Assembly (NCBI GenBank): GCA_965214405.1
Contig: OZ243956.1
Location: 3,136,001-3,200,000 of the forward strand
Direction: 5' to 3'
Source of the DNA: Trueperaceae bacterium
Lineage (GTDB): Bacteria; Deinococcota; Deinococci; Deinococcales; Trueperaceae
Length of the DNA: 64,000 nt
Under the pieces are notes generated by a model that had not been told where the DNA came from, did no database searches, and was given only the letters and a program-made list of their open reading frames with translations. Positions 20,438 through 29,704 of this stretch are shown one piece after another. Made by a program: the position numbers and the translations under genes. The stretch's first letter is position 1. Every line of letters begins with the position of its first letter.

Positions 20438-20776
20438 ATGAAGCGTGACGATTCGGTCTACCTGCGGCACATCTTAGACGCGGTTGCCAAGACTGAAATC
20501 TACCTTCGCGGGGTTGACAAAGCAGTTTTCCATCAAAACACGCTTCTGCAGGACGGCGTTATAAGGCAGCTCGAGATTATCGGCGAAGCGACCAAACACC
20601 CGTTAAGCGAGTTGCGCGTGCGCTACTCTCATGTTCCTTGGCAGAACATCGCGGGGATGCGCGACAAGTTGATTCATGGTTACTTTGGCGTAGACGTTGA
20701 GACGGTCTGACTTATGGTAGTGGAAGATTTGCCGCTGCTAAAGCTCGAGGTAGAGCGAATCCTTACAACGCTGTAG
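20438..20776 (+). pseudogene. HEPN/DUF86 (HepT-like) toxin with a premature stop
   Basis: EIIGEA, PW.NIAGMRDKLIHGYFGVD (Rx4H). TGA at 20708-20710 sits where the family usually has Trp, and the frame continues LMVVEDLPLLKLEVERILTTL*. Confidence 0.82.
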
Positions 20777-20948
20777 GTGTGGGCTCAGGCTCGCTTTGGA
20801 GAGGCGGGTCGATAAAGTCGTCCGGTGAAGACGGTATGAGCGTTTTTTCACTCTCTCCACGCGTTAAAAAACGAGGCTTCCAAGTTTGGGATAAACTTAG
20901 GTCACAACGGACACGACACCATAACGCCGCAACGTTCGAAAGGCCCTT

Positions 20949-23900
20949 TTGACCACCCTCCCGCACACCGACCTCAAATTTTTCACCAACGAGCCCGGCG
21001 AAACCCTCTACGACCGCTTCGTCAAAACCCTGGGGTACGCCCAATATTTTGACGTGTTGGTCGGTTATTTTCGCACCAGCGGCTTTAAGAAGTTGCACGA
21101 GGCCCTCGAGCACGTCGACAAAGTCCGCATCCTCGTGGGCTTGAGCGTTGACCGCAGGGCGTTTGAACTCATCGAAACGTCCAGGCAGGGCCTGGATTTC
21201 GACTCGCACAGGCGTACGCGGGCCTCGTTCGAGAGTGCCCTGAGCGCCGAGATGGAAGGTTCCGAGGACACGCTCGAGGTGGAACTCTCGGCGCGCAAGT
21301 TTGTCGAGTTTTTGCGGGCGGGCAGGCTCGAGCTGCGCGCGCACCCGAGCAAAGACATTCACGCGAAGGTCTATATCAGCCGCTTTCCGCAAGACTTCAT
21401 CAACTACGGCAGCGTCATCACCGGCTCGTCCAACTTTTCTTTGAACGGTTTGGAGGCGCAGCGCGAATTCAACGTCGAACTCAAAGACGTAAGCGACGTG
21501 CGCTTCGCGCTGCAAAAGTTTGAAGCGCTCTGGGCCGAGGGCGTCGACATCAGCGAGGCGTACATCGACACGTTGACGACGAAAACCTGGCTTAATGATA
21601 GGGTTACGCCGTACGAGCTTTTTCTCAAGTTTTTGTACGAGTATTTCAAGGAGGATTTGAGCGTCGCCGACGAGGTGGATTATGATTTGCCCGACGGTTT
21701 GATGGATTTGGCGTATCAGCGGCAGGCGGTCGTGTCGGCGCGAAAGGTGCTGGACACTTACGGCGGGGTGTTTTTGGCGGACGTGGTGGGGTTGGGCAAG
21801 ACGTTCGTGTCTGCGCGCTTGCTGAGAGGGCTGCCGGGGCGCAAGCTCATCCTCTGCCCGCCGGTGCTGGCGGACTACTGGCGCGAGACGCTGCGCGAGT
21901 TTTACGTGCCGGGCTTCGAAGTTGAATCTTTGGGCAAGCTCGAGCCCCTCCTAGCCAAAGGCGTCGACAAGTACAGCGTGGTGTTAGTTGACGAAGCCCA
22001 CCGCTTCCGCAACGAACTCACCCAATCCTACGAGGCGCTGCACGCGATCTGCCGCAACAAAAAGGTGATTCTGGTCTCGGCCACGCCGCTCAATAACCGC
22101 CTCGGCGACATCTTAGCGCAGCTCAAGCTCTTTCAGCCGGGCAAAAAGAGCGACGTTCCGGGTGTGCGTAACCTAGAAGCGTTTTTTAGAGAGCAGCAGC
22201 GGCAGCTTGACGGGCTTGACAAAGCTGACCCCAGCTACCGCGAGATGGTCCAAAGAACGTCCGAGGTGGTGCGCGACAAGGTTTTGAAACACGTGATGGT
22301 GCGCCGCACCCGCAGCGAGATTCGCAACTACTTTAGCGAGGACTTGTCCCAACAGGGGCTGTTTTTCCCCGAGCTGGGCGACCCAAAACGCATCATCTAC
22401 ACCTTTGACGAGGCGACCAACGAGGCCTTTACGAACACGGTGAGCTTGCTCCAGAGCTTCGCCTACGCCCGCTACGTGCCCGCCAAGTATCTCAAGCGAA
22501 CGGAGCGCAAGCTCGAGCAGGCCCAAAATAACGTCGGCGGCTTTATGAAAACTTTGTTGGTCAAGCGTTTGGAGAGTTCCTTTCACGCCTTTGAGCGCAC
22601 CGTGGAGCGCTTTATCACCTCGTACGAGAAGTACCTGGCGATGCTCGAGGGTGGCGTCGTCTATATCAGCAACAAAGTCGACGTGTACGACCTTTTAGAC
22701 GGAGACGACGAAGCGCGGTTGCTGGACCTAGTCGAGCAGGACGAGGCGCAGCGGTTCGAGGCGAGCGTGTTTGAAGCGGGGTACAGAGACGCGCTGGTCA
22801 AAGACTTAGCCATCTTGAAGTCGATTCTTTTCTTGTGGCGCAAGGTCGAGCGCGACCCGAAGTTAGAGGAGTTCATCGCCCGACTGCACAGCGACCCCTT
22901 GCTGAAGGACCAAAAAGTGCTCATCTTCACCGAGTCCAAGGAAACGGGCGACTATTTGCACGAGCATTTGAATAAAGCTTTCCCGCGTGAGGTGATGTTT
23001 TACTCGAGCGCGGGCGGCGTGCAAGGTGAACAGAGTTATAGCGTCGCGGCGGCCCGCGAGGCCGTCAAGGCCAACTTCGACCCCAAGCACCCGCAACCGC
23101 AAAACAACGTGAGGCTGCTCGTCACCACCGACGTGCTGGCCGAGGGCATCAACTTGCACCGCTCGAACGTCGTCATCAACTACGACCTCCCCTGGAACCC
23201 CACGCGCGTGATGCAGCGCGTCGGGCGCGTCAACCGGGTGGGCACGGCGTTTGAGCGGGTCTACGTCTACAACTTTTTCCCCACCGACCAGAGCGACGAG
23301 CATTTGGGCTTGGAAGGGAACATCAAGGCCAAGATTCAAGCGTTTCACTACATGTTGGGTGAGGACGCCAAATACCTCTCGAGCGACGAAGAGGTCGGCA
23401 CGCACGAGCTGTTCGGTGAGCGGCTGTATAAGAAGCTCACCAACAAGGAGAGCCTGGAGGGTGAAGACGCCGAGGAGGCGAGCGAACTCAAATATTTGCA
23501 AGCCATCCGGCGGGTGCGCGACGAGGACGCGAAACTTTTCGAGCGCGTTAAGAAGCTGCCCAAAAAAGCGCGGAGCGGGCGCAAGGCCGGTGGGGATGAT
23601 TCAGATGCGCGAAACCACCTCATCACCTTTTTCCGGCGGGGCAGGCTCAAGAAGTTTATGCTGGCCTGTTCTGACGATAGCGCCAGCCCCCTAGAACTCA
23701 CCTTTTTAGAGGCGGCGACGCGGCTCGAGTGCCCCCCCGACGCGCCGAGACGCGCCGTCGGCGCGGGATACTACGAGCTGCTGAGCGCCAACAAAGAGGC
23801 GTTCGCCCGCCTTACTTCGGACATCGCGCAAGAAGAGCAAGACGCCCAGGGCGGCACCACCAACGAGCGCACCGTCCTCAAAATCTTACGCGCCATCAAG

Positions 23901-24158
23901 GGGAACCCCCGCTTTTCGGAGGGTGATGACCTGGTCGAGCGCAGCCTGCACGCCTTTGACGAGGGCCGGGTGAGCAAAAACCACAGCAAGCGCCTCAAGG
24001 CCGCCTTTGACAAAGCTGGCGCGAACCCTGGCAAACTCGTCGCCGCGCTCAGGAGCGAGATGACCGAGGACGTGCTGTACCCGAGCCCTACACGTGAGGA
24101 CGACGCGGAGCCCAGAGAAGTCATCTTGTCACAATATTTTGAGGTTGAGGACGCATGA
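20949..24158 (+). CDS. PLD-like nuclease domain fused to a SNF2-family helicase
   Basis: HAKVY...ITGSSNFS (single HKD-like), LADVVGLGKT, DEAH, SATP, TDVLAEGINL and QRVGRVNR motifs. Confidence 0.88.
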   Translation: MTTLPHTDLKFFTNEPGETLYDRFVKTLGYAQYFDVLVGYFRTSGFKKLHEALEHVDKVRILVGLSVDRRAFELIETSRQGLDFDSHRRTRASFESALSAEMEGSEDTLEVELSARKFVEFLRAGRLELRAHPSKDIHAKVYISRFPQDFINYGSVITGSSNFSLNGLEAQREFNVELKDVSDVRFALQKFEALWAEGVDISEAYIDTLTTKTWLNDRVTPYELFLKFLYEYFKEDLSVADEVDYDLPDGLMDLAYQRQAVVSARKVLDTYGGVFLADVVGLGKTFVSARLLRGLPGRKLILCPPVLADYWRETLREFYVPGFEVESLGKLEPLLAKGVDKYSVVLVDEAHRFRNELTQSYEALHAICRNKKVILVSATPLNNRLGDILAQLKLFQPGKKSDVPGVRNLEAFFREQQRQLDGLDKADPSYREMVQRTSEVVRDKVLKHVMVRRTRSEIRNYFSEDLSQQGLFFPELGDPKRIIYTFDEATNEAFTNTVSLLQSFAYARYVPAKYLKRTERKLEQAQNNVGGFMKTLLVKRLESSFHAFERTVERFITSYEKYLAMLEGGVVYISNKVDVYDLLDGDDEARLLDLVEQDEAQRFEASVFEAGYRDALVKDLAILKSILFLWRKVERDPKLEEFIARLHSDPLLKDQKVLIFTESKETGDYLHEHLNKAFPREVMFYSSAGGVQGEQSYSVAAAREAVKANFDPKHPQPQNNVRLLVTTDVLAEGINLHRSNVVINYDLPWNPTRVMQRVGRVNRVGTAFERVYVYNFFPTDQSDEHLGLEGNIKAKIQAFHYMLGEDAKYLSSDEEVGTHELFGERLYKKLTNKESLEGEDAEEASELKYLQAIRRVRDEDAKLFERVKKLPKKARSGRKAGGDDSDARNHLITFFRRGRLKKFMLACSDDSASPLELTFLEAATRLECPPDAPRRAVGAGYYELLSANKEAFARLTSDIAQEEQDAQGGTTNERTVLKILRAIKGNPRFSEGDDLVERSLHAFDEGRVSKNHSKRLKAAFDKAGANPGKLVAALRSEMTEDVLYPSPTREDDAEPREVILSQYFEVEDA

Positions 24159-27100
24159 ACGACGCCGAAGCGAGACGCTTGATCGAGACCACCTTTAATA
24201 AACCCTACGACGAGACGCGGTTTCGGCGGCTCATCGTGAATTTGTTGGAGGTCGAGCCGCGCAACGAAAAGCAGTCGGGCTCCTACATTTACGAGGCTTT
24301 CCGCGACTACGTCACCTCGTATCAGCGCACCGGCAAATTTACCGACGCGGACGGGAACGAACTCGACACCCTGGCCGTCAAGCTCAAAAGCGCGCGCATG
24401 TTGGAGCGCAACCGCACCACGCAGCGCAACTTCGTCGCCGAATACCTCAAGCGCCGGGGCAAAGACGCTGCGCTGGTCGCCTTTTACGCGGACGACGCCG
24501 AGGACTGGCGCTTTAGTTTGATTAAGCTCGAGTACACCCTCACCGAGACCAAGACGGGCCGCCTCAGCGCTAAGACCGACCTCACCCCGGCGCGGCGCTA
24601 CTCGTTCTTGGTCGGGCAACATGAGCCCAACCACACCGCGCAAAAGCAGCTCGTTAGCCTGCTCACGCATCCCAACCCCACGCTGAGGGAGCTAGAAGCG
24701 CAGTTCAGCATCGAGAACGTCACAAAAGCGTTTTTCGAAGAGTACAAGGCGCGTTATTTAGAACTCCAAGAAACGCTTGACGCGCTCTTGGCCGAGAACG
24801 AGGCGGTACGAGGCGAGTTCGCCGCCAAAAACATCGACACCACCACCTTCGCCAAGCGCCTTCTGGGGCAGATCGTCTTTTTGTACTTCTTGCAGAAAAA
24901 GGGCTGGCTGGGCGTCGGACGGGGCGAGGCGTGGGGGAGCGGACCCAAAGACTTTTTGCAGCGGCTCTTTAGCGGCGACATCATCTCCTACACCAACTTC
25001 TACGACGACGTTTTGGAACCCCTCTTTTACGACGCGCTGGCCCGTGAGCACACCGACAACTACTCGCCCCACCTAAAACGCCGCGTGCCCTTCCTTAACG
25101 GCGGGCTGTTCGAGCCCATCAATAATTACGACTGGGTCAACGTCGATATCCCGCTGCCCAACACGCTTTTTGAACGCGTCTTCAAGACCTTTAGCACCTA
25201 CAATTTCACCGTGCGCGAGGACGAGCCCTTAGAGCGCGAGGTCGCCGTGGACCCCGAAATGCTCGGCAAGGTGTTTGAGAACCTGTTAGAAGTCACCGAC
25301 CGCAAATCTAAGGGCGCGTTCTACACGCCGCGCGAGATTGTCCACTACATGTGTCAGGAGAGCCTGATCAACTACCTCGACACGTCGCTCAACACGGTTA
25401 AAAAACCCCTCGCCCCGTCCCTGCCCACACAAGACGACCTGTTCGGTACGCCTCAGCCGAGACAAGAATCCCTTTATCAAGAGGTGTACGAGGAGAGGGT
25501 CCCTCGAGCCGACCTAGAAAGCTTTATTCGCTTGGGCGACGCCTCGAGCGAGCACGACGCGACCACCGCCCAGAAAGAACGCGAGACGACTGCGTACAGC
25601 TTCAAGGCCTCCGAGAGCGTCCGCGACCACGCCCCGAAGATAGACGCCGCGCTCGCCGCCATCAAAATCTGCGACCCCGCCATCGGCTCGGGCGCGTTTC
25701 CGGTGGGGATGATGAACGAGATTGTCCGCTCGAGGGCCGCCCTCACGCCCTTTTTAACCGGGGAGGCGCGGACCCTCTACGACTTCAAACGCCACGCCAT
25801 CCAAGAGAGCTTGTACGGCGTGGACATCGACGAGAGCGCCGTGGACATCGCCAAGCTGCGGCTGTGGCTGTCGCTGGTGGTCGATGAAGACGATTTTGGG
25901 ACGATTAAGCCCCTGCCCAATTTGGCTTACAAAATCGTCGCGGGAAACTCGGTGCTGAGTTTAGCGGGCGCGATGGTTGACGATAAAGAGATGCGCGAGC
26001 TGGAGCGTCTGAAACGCGAGTATTTCGACGAAACGCGCTCGAGCCGCAAGAAAGACTTAGAAGCCCGCATCAACAGCGCCTTACGCAGCGTGTTTAGCTC
26101 CGCGCAAGACTTCGGCGCGCAGGCAACCTTTGATTTTCGCATCCACTTTAGCGAGGTCTTCCACGCGCAAGGTAGCAAACCCGGCGGTTTCGACGTGGTG
26201 ATAGGCAACCCGCCCTACGTCCGCCAAGAAGCGTTAGGCGACCTCAAACCCCTGCTCAAAGACAAGTATGAGGCCTACCACGGCTCCGCCGACCTGTTTG
26301 TGTACTTTATCGAGCTAGGCGTCAAGCTGCTCAAAAAGGGCGGCACGTTTTCCTACATCGTGGCGAACAAATGGATGCGCGCGAACTACGGCAAACCCTT
26401 GCGCACCTGGCTCAAAAAGCAGCAGCTCTTGACCATTATCGACTACGGCGACCTGCCCGTGTTCGAAACCGCCACCACCTACCCCTGCATCTTGTTTATC
26501 GGCAAAGACAAACCCGGCAAAGAGGTGAGGGTCGTCAAGATGGAAGAACTCGCCTTTGACAAATTGAACGCTTACGTCGAGGAACACGGTTACAAACAGG
26601 CGCAAGCCGAACTTGACGACGGCGGCTGGTCGCTGGCAAACCAAGACGTGCAGAAGGTGCTGGACAAAATCAACAAGGTTGGCGTGCCGTTAGAGCAGTA
26701 TGTAAACGGGAAAATCTACCGAGGTGTGCTGACAGGTCTCAACGAAGCCTTTGTGATTGACGAGGCCACTCGAGCCAAACTCATCGCCGAAGACGCGAAA
26801 AGTGCTGAGGTCATCAAGCCGTTTTTAGCGGGTAGAGATGTCAAGCGCTATCAGCCGCCGCAAAGCGACAAATACCTGATTCTTTTTCCAAACGGCTGGA
26901 CGAATGAACATTCAGGTGATGCAAGTGATAAATGGGTGTGGTTGCAAAAAGAATATCTGGCAGTTGCGAAACACTTGCAGCCCTTTGAAAAACAAGCAAA
27001 GAAACGTTATGACCAGGGTGAGTATTGGTGGGAATTAAGAGCTTGTGCGTATTACGATAAGTTTGAAAAGCCAAAGATAATTATTCCTGCTATTGTATCG

Positions 27101-27532
27101 TCTGCGTCTTACACTTTCGATAAAAATTGTGCTTACTCGAACGACAAAACAAGCATTATTTCCGTAGATGACCTTTACTTGTTAGGCATACTCAACTCAA
27201 AAGTTTCCGACTTAACTATCTTCTCTGTTTCATCAACAAAAAGGGGCGGCTACTACGAGTACAAACCGATGTACGTCTCACAACTCCCCATCCGCACCAT
27301 CGACTTCTCCAACCCTGCTGACAAAGCCGCGCACGACCGCATGACCGGGATGGTCGAGGCGATGCTCGAGCTGCAAGGGCAAAAAGCCGCACAAAAAGCT
27401 ACAGCCTCCGGGGACGCGCTTATTGACTTGAACGCCCGCATCACCGAGCTAGACGCGTCAATCGACGCGCTGGTGTATGAGCTTTATGGTTTGACGGATG
27501 AAGAGATTAAGATTGTGGAAGGAGCACCATGA
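24155..27532 (+). CDS. Type IIG/Eco57I-like N6-adenine DNA methyltransferase with a C-terminal TaqI-like TRD
   Basis: LNGGLF, LGKVFENLL, GAFYTPRE, DPAIGSGAF, GVDID, GFDVVIGNPPY and YELYGLT.EEI motifs; ATGA-coupled to the helicase. Confidence 0.9.
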   Translation: MNDAEARRLIETTFNKPYDETRFRRLIVNLLEVEPRNEKQSGSYIYEAFRDYVTSYQRTGKFTDADGNELDTLAVKLKSARMLERNRTTQRNFVAEYLKRRGKDAALVAFYADDAEDWRFSLIKLEYTLTETKTGRLSAKTDLTPARRYSFLVGQHEPNHTAQKQLVSLLTHPNPTLRELEAQFSIENVTKAFFEEYKARYLELQETLDALLAENEAVRGEFAAKNIDTTTFAKRLLGQIVFLYFLQKKGWLGVGRGEAWGSGPKDFLQRLFSGDIISYTNFYDDVLEPLFYDALAREHTDNYSPHLKRRVPFLNGGLFEPINNYDWVNVDIPLPNTLFERVFKTFSTYNFTVREDEPLEREVAVDPEMLGKVFENLLEVTDRKSKGAFYTPREIVHYMCQESLINYLDTSLNTVKKPLAPSLPTQDDLFGTPQPRQESLYQEVYEERVPRADLESFIRLGDASSEHDATTAQKERETTAYSFKASESVRDHAPKIDAALAAIKICDPAIGSGAFPVGMMNEIVRSRAALTPFLTGEARTLYDFKRHAIQESLYGVDIDESAVDIAKLRLWLSLVVDEDDFGTIKPLPNLAYKIVAGNSVLSLAGAMVDDKEMRELERLKREYFDETRSSRKKDLEARINSALRSVFSSAQDFGAQATFDFRIHFSEVFHAQGSKPGGFDVVIGNPPYVRQEALGDLKPLLKDKYEAYHGSADLFVYFIELGVKLLKKGGTFSYIVANKWMRANYGKPLRTWLKKQQLLTIIDYGDLPVFETATTYPCILFIGKDKPGKEVRVVKMEELAFDKLNAYVEEHGYKQAQAELDDGGWSLANQDVQKVLDKINKVGVPLEQYVNGKIYRGVLTGLNEAFVIDEATRAKLIAEDAKSAEVIKPFLAGRDVKRYQPPQSDKYLILFPNGWTNEHSGDASDKWVWLQKEYLAVAKHLQPFEKQAKKRYDQGEYWWELRACAYYDKFEKPKIIIPAIVSSASYTFDKNCAYSNDKTSIISVDDLYLLGILNSKVSDLTIFSVSSTKRGGYYEYKPMYVSQLPIRTIDFSNPADKAAHDRMTGMVEAMLELQGQKAAQKATASGDALIDLNARITELDASIDALVYELYGLTDEEIKIVEGAP

Positions 27533-27750
27533 AAAGGCTAAAAGTGATTGTCGAAAAGCACGAGGATGGCTACGTCGCTTACCCGCTCGGGCTCAAGGGT
27601 GTGGTGGTGGGTCAGGGTGACAGCTATGAAGAAGTCATGGCGGATGTGAAGTCGGCGATTGCGTTTCACATCGAGACGTTTGGTAGCGACATGCTCGAGG
27701 ACTCGCCGGTGTTAGAAGCGTTTGTCGCCGAGACGGTGGCGGGCGTGTAG
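27529..27750 (+). CDS. HicB-like antitoxin
   Basis: VIVEKHEDGYVAYP...VVGQGDSYEEVM..VK.AI; ATG overlaps the MTase stop. Confidence 0.8.
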   Translation: MKRLKVIVEKHEDGYVAYPLGLKGVVVGQGDSYEEVMADVKSAIAFHIETFGSDMLEDSPVLEAFVAETVAGV

Positions 27751-27987
27751 GTGAAGTTTCCGGTTGACGCACCCAAAGCGAAGGTCGTGAAGGCGTTATA
27801 GCTTCTCGGCTTTGAGATGATCCGCGAACGGGAGCACATCGCCATGATTCGGTATAACACGGACGGAACTAAAACGCCCCTGACGCTGCCCAACCATAAA
27901 ACCATCAAAGGCTCGACGCTGAGAACAATTTGCACGCAGGCAGGTATCGCTCGAGGAGATTTTCTGAGGGCTTATGAGCAAGCGTGA
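27751..27987 (+). pseudogene. HicA-like toxin with an internal TAG stop
   Basis: Hand translation MKFPVDAPKAKVVKAL*LLGFEMIREREHIAM...TLPNHKTIKGSTLRTICTQAGI; TAG at 27799-27801. Confidence 0.8.
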
Positions 27988-27988
27988 G

Positions 27989-28052
27989 GCAATTGACGTG
28001 TTCACGAACCAAGGAAGAGATTGGGGTGGTTGAGGCGGCGGTGGCGGGGTGA
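27989..28052 (+). repeat. Degenerate copy of the MTase 3' end (copy 2)
   Basis: AID...VHE..TKEEIGVVEAAVAG*. Contains the 28-bp GATTGGGGTGGTTGAGGCGGCGGTGGCG (28019-28046), identical to 29351-29378. Confidence 0.75.
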
Positions 28053-28297
28053 CTTATGATGTTGGCTTTAAGCCTCGAGCGCTCAAAGACCTAGACGCCA
28101 TCGACAAGCTCGAGGGCGCGCGCATCACCGAAAAGATTGAGGCGATGCGCGAGGATTTGGCGGGGGACGTTAAAAAGCTCACCAACTTTACACCCGACTA
28201 CCGTTTGCGTGTCGGCAACTACCGCGTTCTGTTCGCGCTCGAGGATAATAGGATTGTCATTTACCGCGTTCGTCACCGCAAAGACGTCTACAAGTGA
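28049..28297 (+). CDS. RelE/ParE-family toxin
   Basis: ALKDL...KKL...YRLRVGNYRVLF...HRKDVY. Confidence 0.88.
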   Translation: MTYDVGFKPRALKDLDAIDKLEGARITEKIEAMREDLAGDVKKLTNFTPDYRLRVGNYRVLFALEDNRIVIYRVRHRKDVYK

Positions 28298-28311
28298 GAA
28301 AGGATTGCCCC

Positions 28312-28515
28312 GTGGCTGATTTGGCTTTACATCCAGAGTTTTTAGTTAAAAATGGCAAAAGAGAGTTTGTCGTGCTGCCTTACGAAGAGTTCGAGGCGTT
28401 GCAAGAGCTTCTTGCCGACGCGCAAGACCTCATCGACTTGAGAGAAGCCAAAGAGGCAGAAGGGGACGCGCCTACGGTGTCGCTAGAGGAAGTCAAGCGG
28501 CAGTTAGGTCTGTAG
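28312..28515 (+). CDS. Antitoxin (Phd/RelB-like)
   Basis: GKREFVVLPYEEFEAL...VSLEEVKRQLGL; directly after RelE; SD AAGGA. Confidence 0.75.
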   Translation: MADLALHPEFLVKNGKREFVVLPYEEFEALQELLADAQDLIDLREAKEAEGDAPTVSLEEVKRQLGL

Positions 28516-28528
28516 AAGGGAGCGCTTC

Positions 28529-28741
28529 ATGAGCCTTGAAGAAGCCGTTGTGGAGAAATTGCGCGAGCTGCCGCCGGAACGTCAGCGGGAGGTGCTCGAC
28601 TTCGTGGAATTTTTAGAGAGTAAGTCACAGCGGGCGGCGGCGCTGGCGCGGATGCTTGCGGCGAGCGAAGACGCGGTGGTGTCTGAAGATTACGCGGCTG
28701 AACTCGAGCGTATGCGCTTCAATGAGCAGAAACGCGCGTGA
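28529..28741 (+). CDS. DUF2281-like antitoxin
   Basis: LRELPPERQREVLDFVEFL motif. Confidence 0.75.
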   Translation: MSLEEAVVEKLRELPPERQREVLDFVEFLESKSQRAAALARMLAASEDAVVSEDYAAELERMRFNEQKRA

Positions 28742-28870
28742 TTATTGGGTGCGACACAGGGTTCTTTGTTGAGTTTATTGCCAAAAATCCTGTTGTAAGA
28801 CAGGTGGTGCAAGACGCTGTACGAGGTGGACCAGGCTTGTCTCGAGCATTATCTGCATCTGTGAGTTGAA
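28738..28870 (+). pseudogene. PIN/VapC toxin N-terminal remnant (frameshifted and truncated)
   Basis: GTG overlaps the antitoxin stop; reads VIIGCDTGFFVEF..., then LVSSIICICEL in a shifted frame. Confidence 0.55.
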
Positions 28871-28923
28871 CTCGGCCCAAGGAGCATGGCGAGTAAAGAG
28901 CCTGCGTTTGGTGTGGCTGCTGA

Positions 28924-29018
28924 TATAGCCCGAATACCCTGGTTTGAGCGAGTATGGCCTATACGTTACTGTCTAGGACGCAGTTTAAGGGATGATACCT
29001 GCGTTGGTAGGCTCAGTG
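28924..29018. repeat. Dispersed ~95-bp structured repeat, copy A
   Basis: Aligns with 37851-37947, with an exact 17-mer ACCCTGGTTTGAGCGAG. Confidence 0.75.
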
Positions 29019-29029
29019 TCTGTAAAAAC

Positions 29030-29080
29030 CGCTATACCGTGGTGGTTCAGCGCATTCTGCACCGTAAAGATGCTTATTAA
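29030..29080 (+). pseudogene. C-terminal remnant of a RelE-family toxin
   Basis: RYTVVVQRILHRKDAY* resembles the RelE end IVIYRVRHRKDVYK at 28049-28297 and precedes a paralogous antitoxin. Confidence 0.6.
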
Positions 29081-29089
29081 GGAGTAACG

Positions 29090-29299
29090 ATGGACGTTTT
29101 GGAACTGCACCCTTCGTTTATCGAGCGAGAGGGTAAAAAAGAATATGCGGTCCTGCCGATAGAGGAGTTCGAGCGGCTACAAACTTTTATTGAGGACGCT
29201 CGAGACTTGTTCTTGCTTAGACAAGCGAAAGCTGAGGACGACGGCGAAAGAATCTCTTTGGCTGAGGTAGAGGCGCGTTTGGGATTGACCTCTGAGTAG
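29090..29299 (+). CDS. Antitoxin, paralog of 28312-28515
   Basis: LELHP.F..REGKKEYAVLPIEEFE.LQ...EDA.DL..LR.AK...ISL.EV...LGL; SD AAGGAG. Confidence 0.78.
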   Translation: MDVLELHPSFIEREGKKEYAVLPIEEFERLQTFIEDARDLFLLRQAKAEDDGERISLAEVEARLGLTSE

Positions 29300-29309
29300 C
29301 GGAGGCTGT

Positions 29310-29381
29310 GATGTGCTCATTTGTGAGCTTTACGGCCTGACTAAGGAGGGGATTGGGGTGGTTGAGGCGGCGGTGGCGTGA
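29310..29381 (+). repeat. Degenerate copy of the MTase 3' end (copy 3)
   Basis: Translates DVLICELYGLTKEGIGVVEAAVA*, versus the MTase end DALVYELYGLTDEEIKIVEGAP*. Confidence 0.8.
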
Positions 29382-29425
29382 CGCGCACATCTTCTTTTTG
29401 TATTAACAGCCGTATATACTAATTT

Positions 29426-29704
29426 ATGACGTTCGTGTGGGATGCCGCTAACTTAGAGCACATCGCCAAGCGCGGCTGGGAAGTTGAAGACGTTGAAGAA
29501 GTTTTCTCCGACCCGCAGCGTATCCGCACGGACGCTTACAACGCAGCCTTTGAAAAGCGCCGCGCCATCACAGGCTCAACGCGTTACGGCGATATCATCA
29601 CGGTTATCTACACAGTGCGTGGCAAAAGCATTCGCCCATTTTCCGTGCAGACTAGAGCCAAAGACGTTGCTCGTTACAAGCGGATGAGGAAGGAGAAACA
29701 GTGA
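29426..29704 (+). CDS. BrnT-family toxin (second copy)
   Basis: FVWDAANLEHI...EEVFSDP...EKRR.ITG...VIYTVRG..IR; TATACT 5 nt upstream of the ATG. Confidence 0.8.
   Translation: MTFVWDAANLEHIAKRGWEVEDVEEVFSDPQRIRTDAYNAAFEKRRAITGSTRYGDIITVIYTVRGKSIRPFSVQTRAKDVARYKRMRKEKQ

Larger units (their letters stand above)
19236..20448 (+). pseudogene. MNT (minimal nucleotidyltransferase) antitoxin interrupted by IS5
   Basis: Removing the IS and one target copy restores MRTLPFDVDKL|AEVCRQNDVAKLSVFGSVARGE...SDVD, with the GS..R...DxD motif. Confidence 0.85.

Noticed and set aside
20949..27532. Calling the locus DISARM or BREX
   Set aside because: No DrmA/DrmB (DUF1998), PglZ or BrxC genes lie in the island or its flanks within the window.
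20708..27801. Stop-codon recoding to explain the in-frame TGA (HEPN) and TAG (HicA)
   Set aside because: TGA and TAG end many intact core genes here, and no Sec/Pyl signals were seen. Nonsense mutations are simpler.
28886..29080. 64-aa ORF as a genuine gene
   Set aside because: It is a chimera that reads through the dispersed repeat; only the last ~16 aa resemble RelE.
28019..29378. 28-bp direct repeats read as a CRISPR array or integron attC sites
   Set aside because: They are 1.3 kb apart, non-palindromic and lack attC RYYYAAC/GTTRRRY ends, and there is no integrase. They translate to the MTase C-terminus instead.
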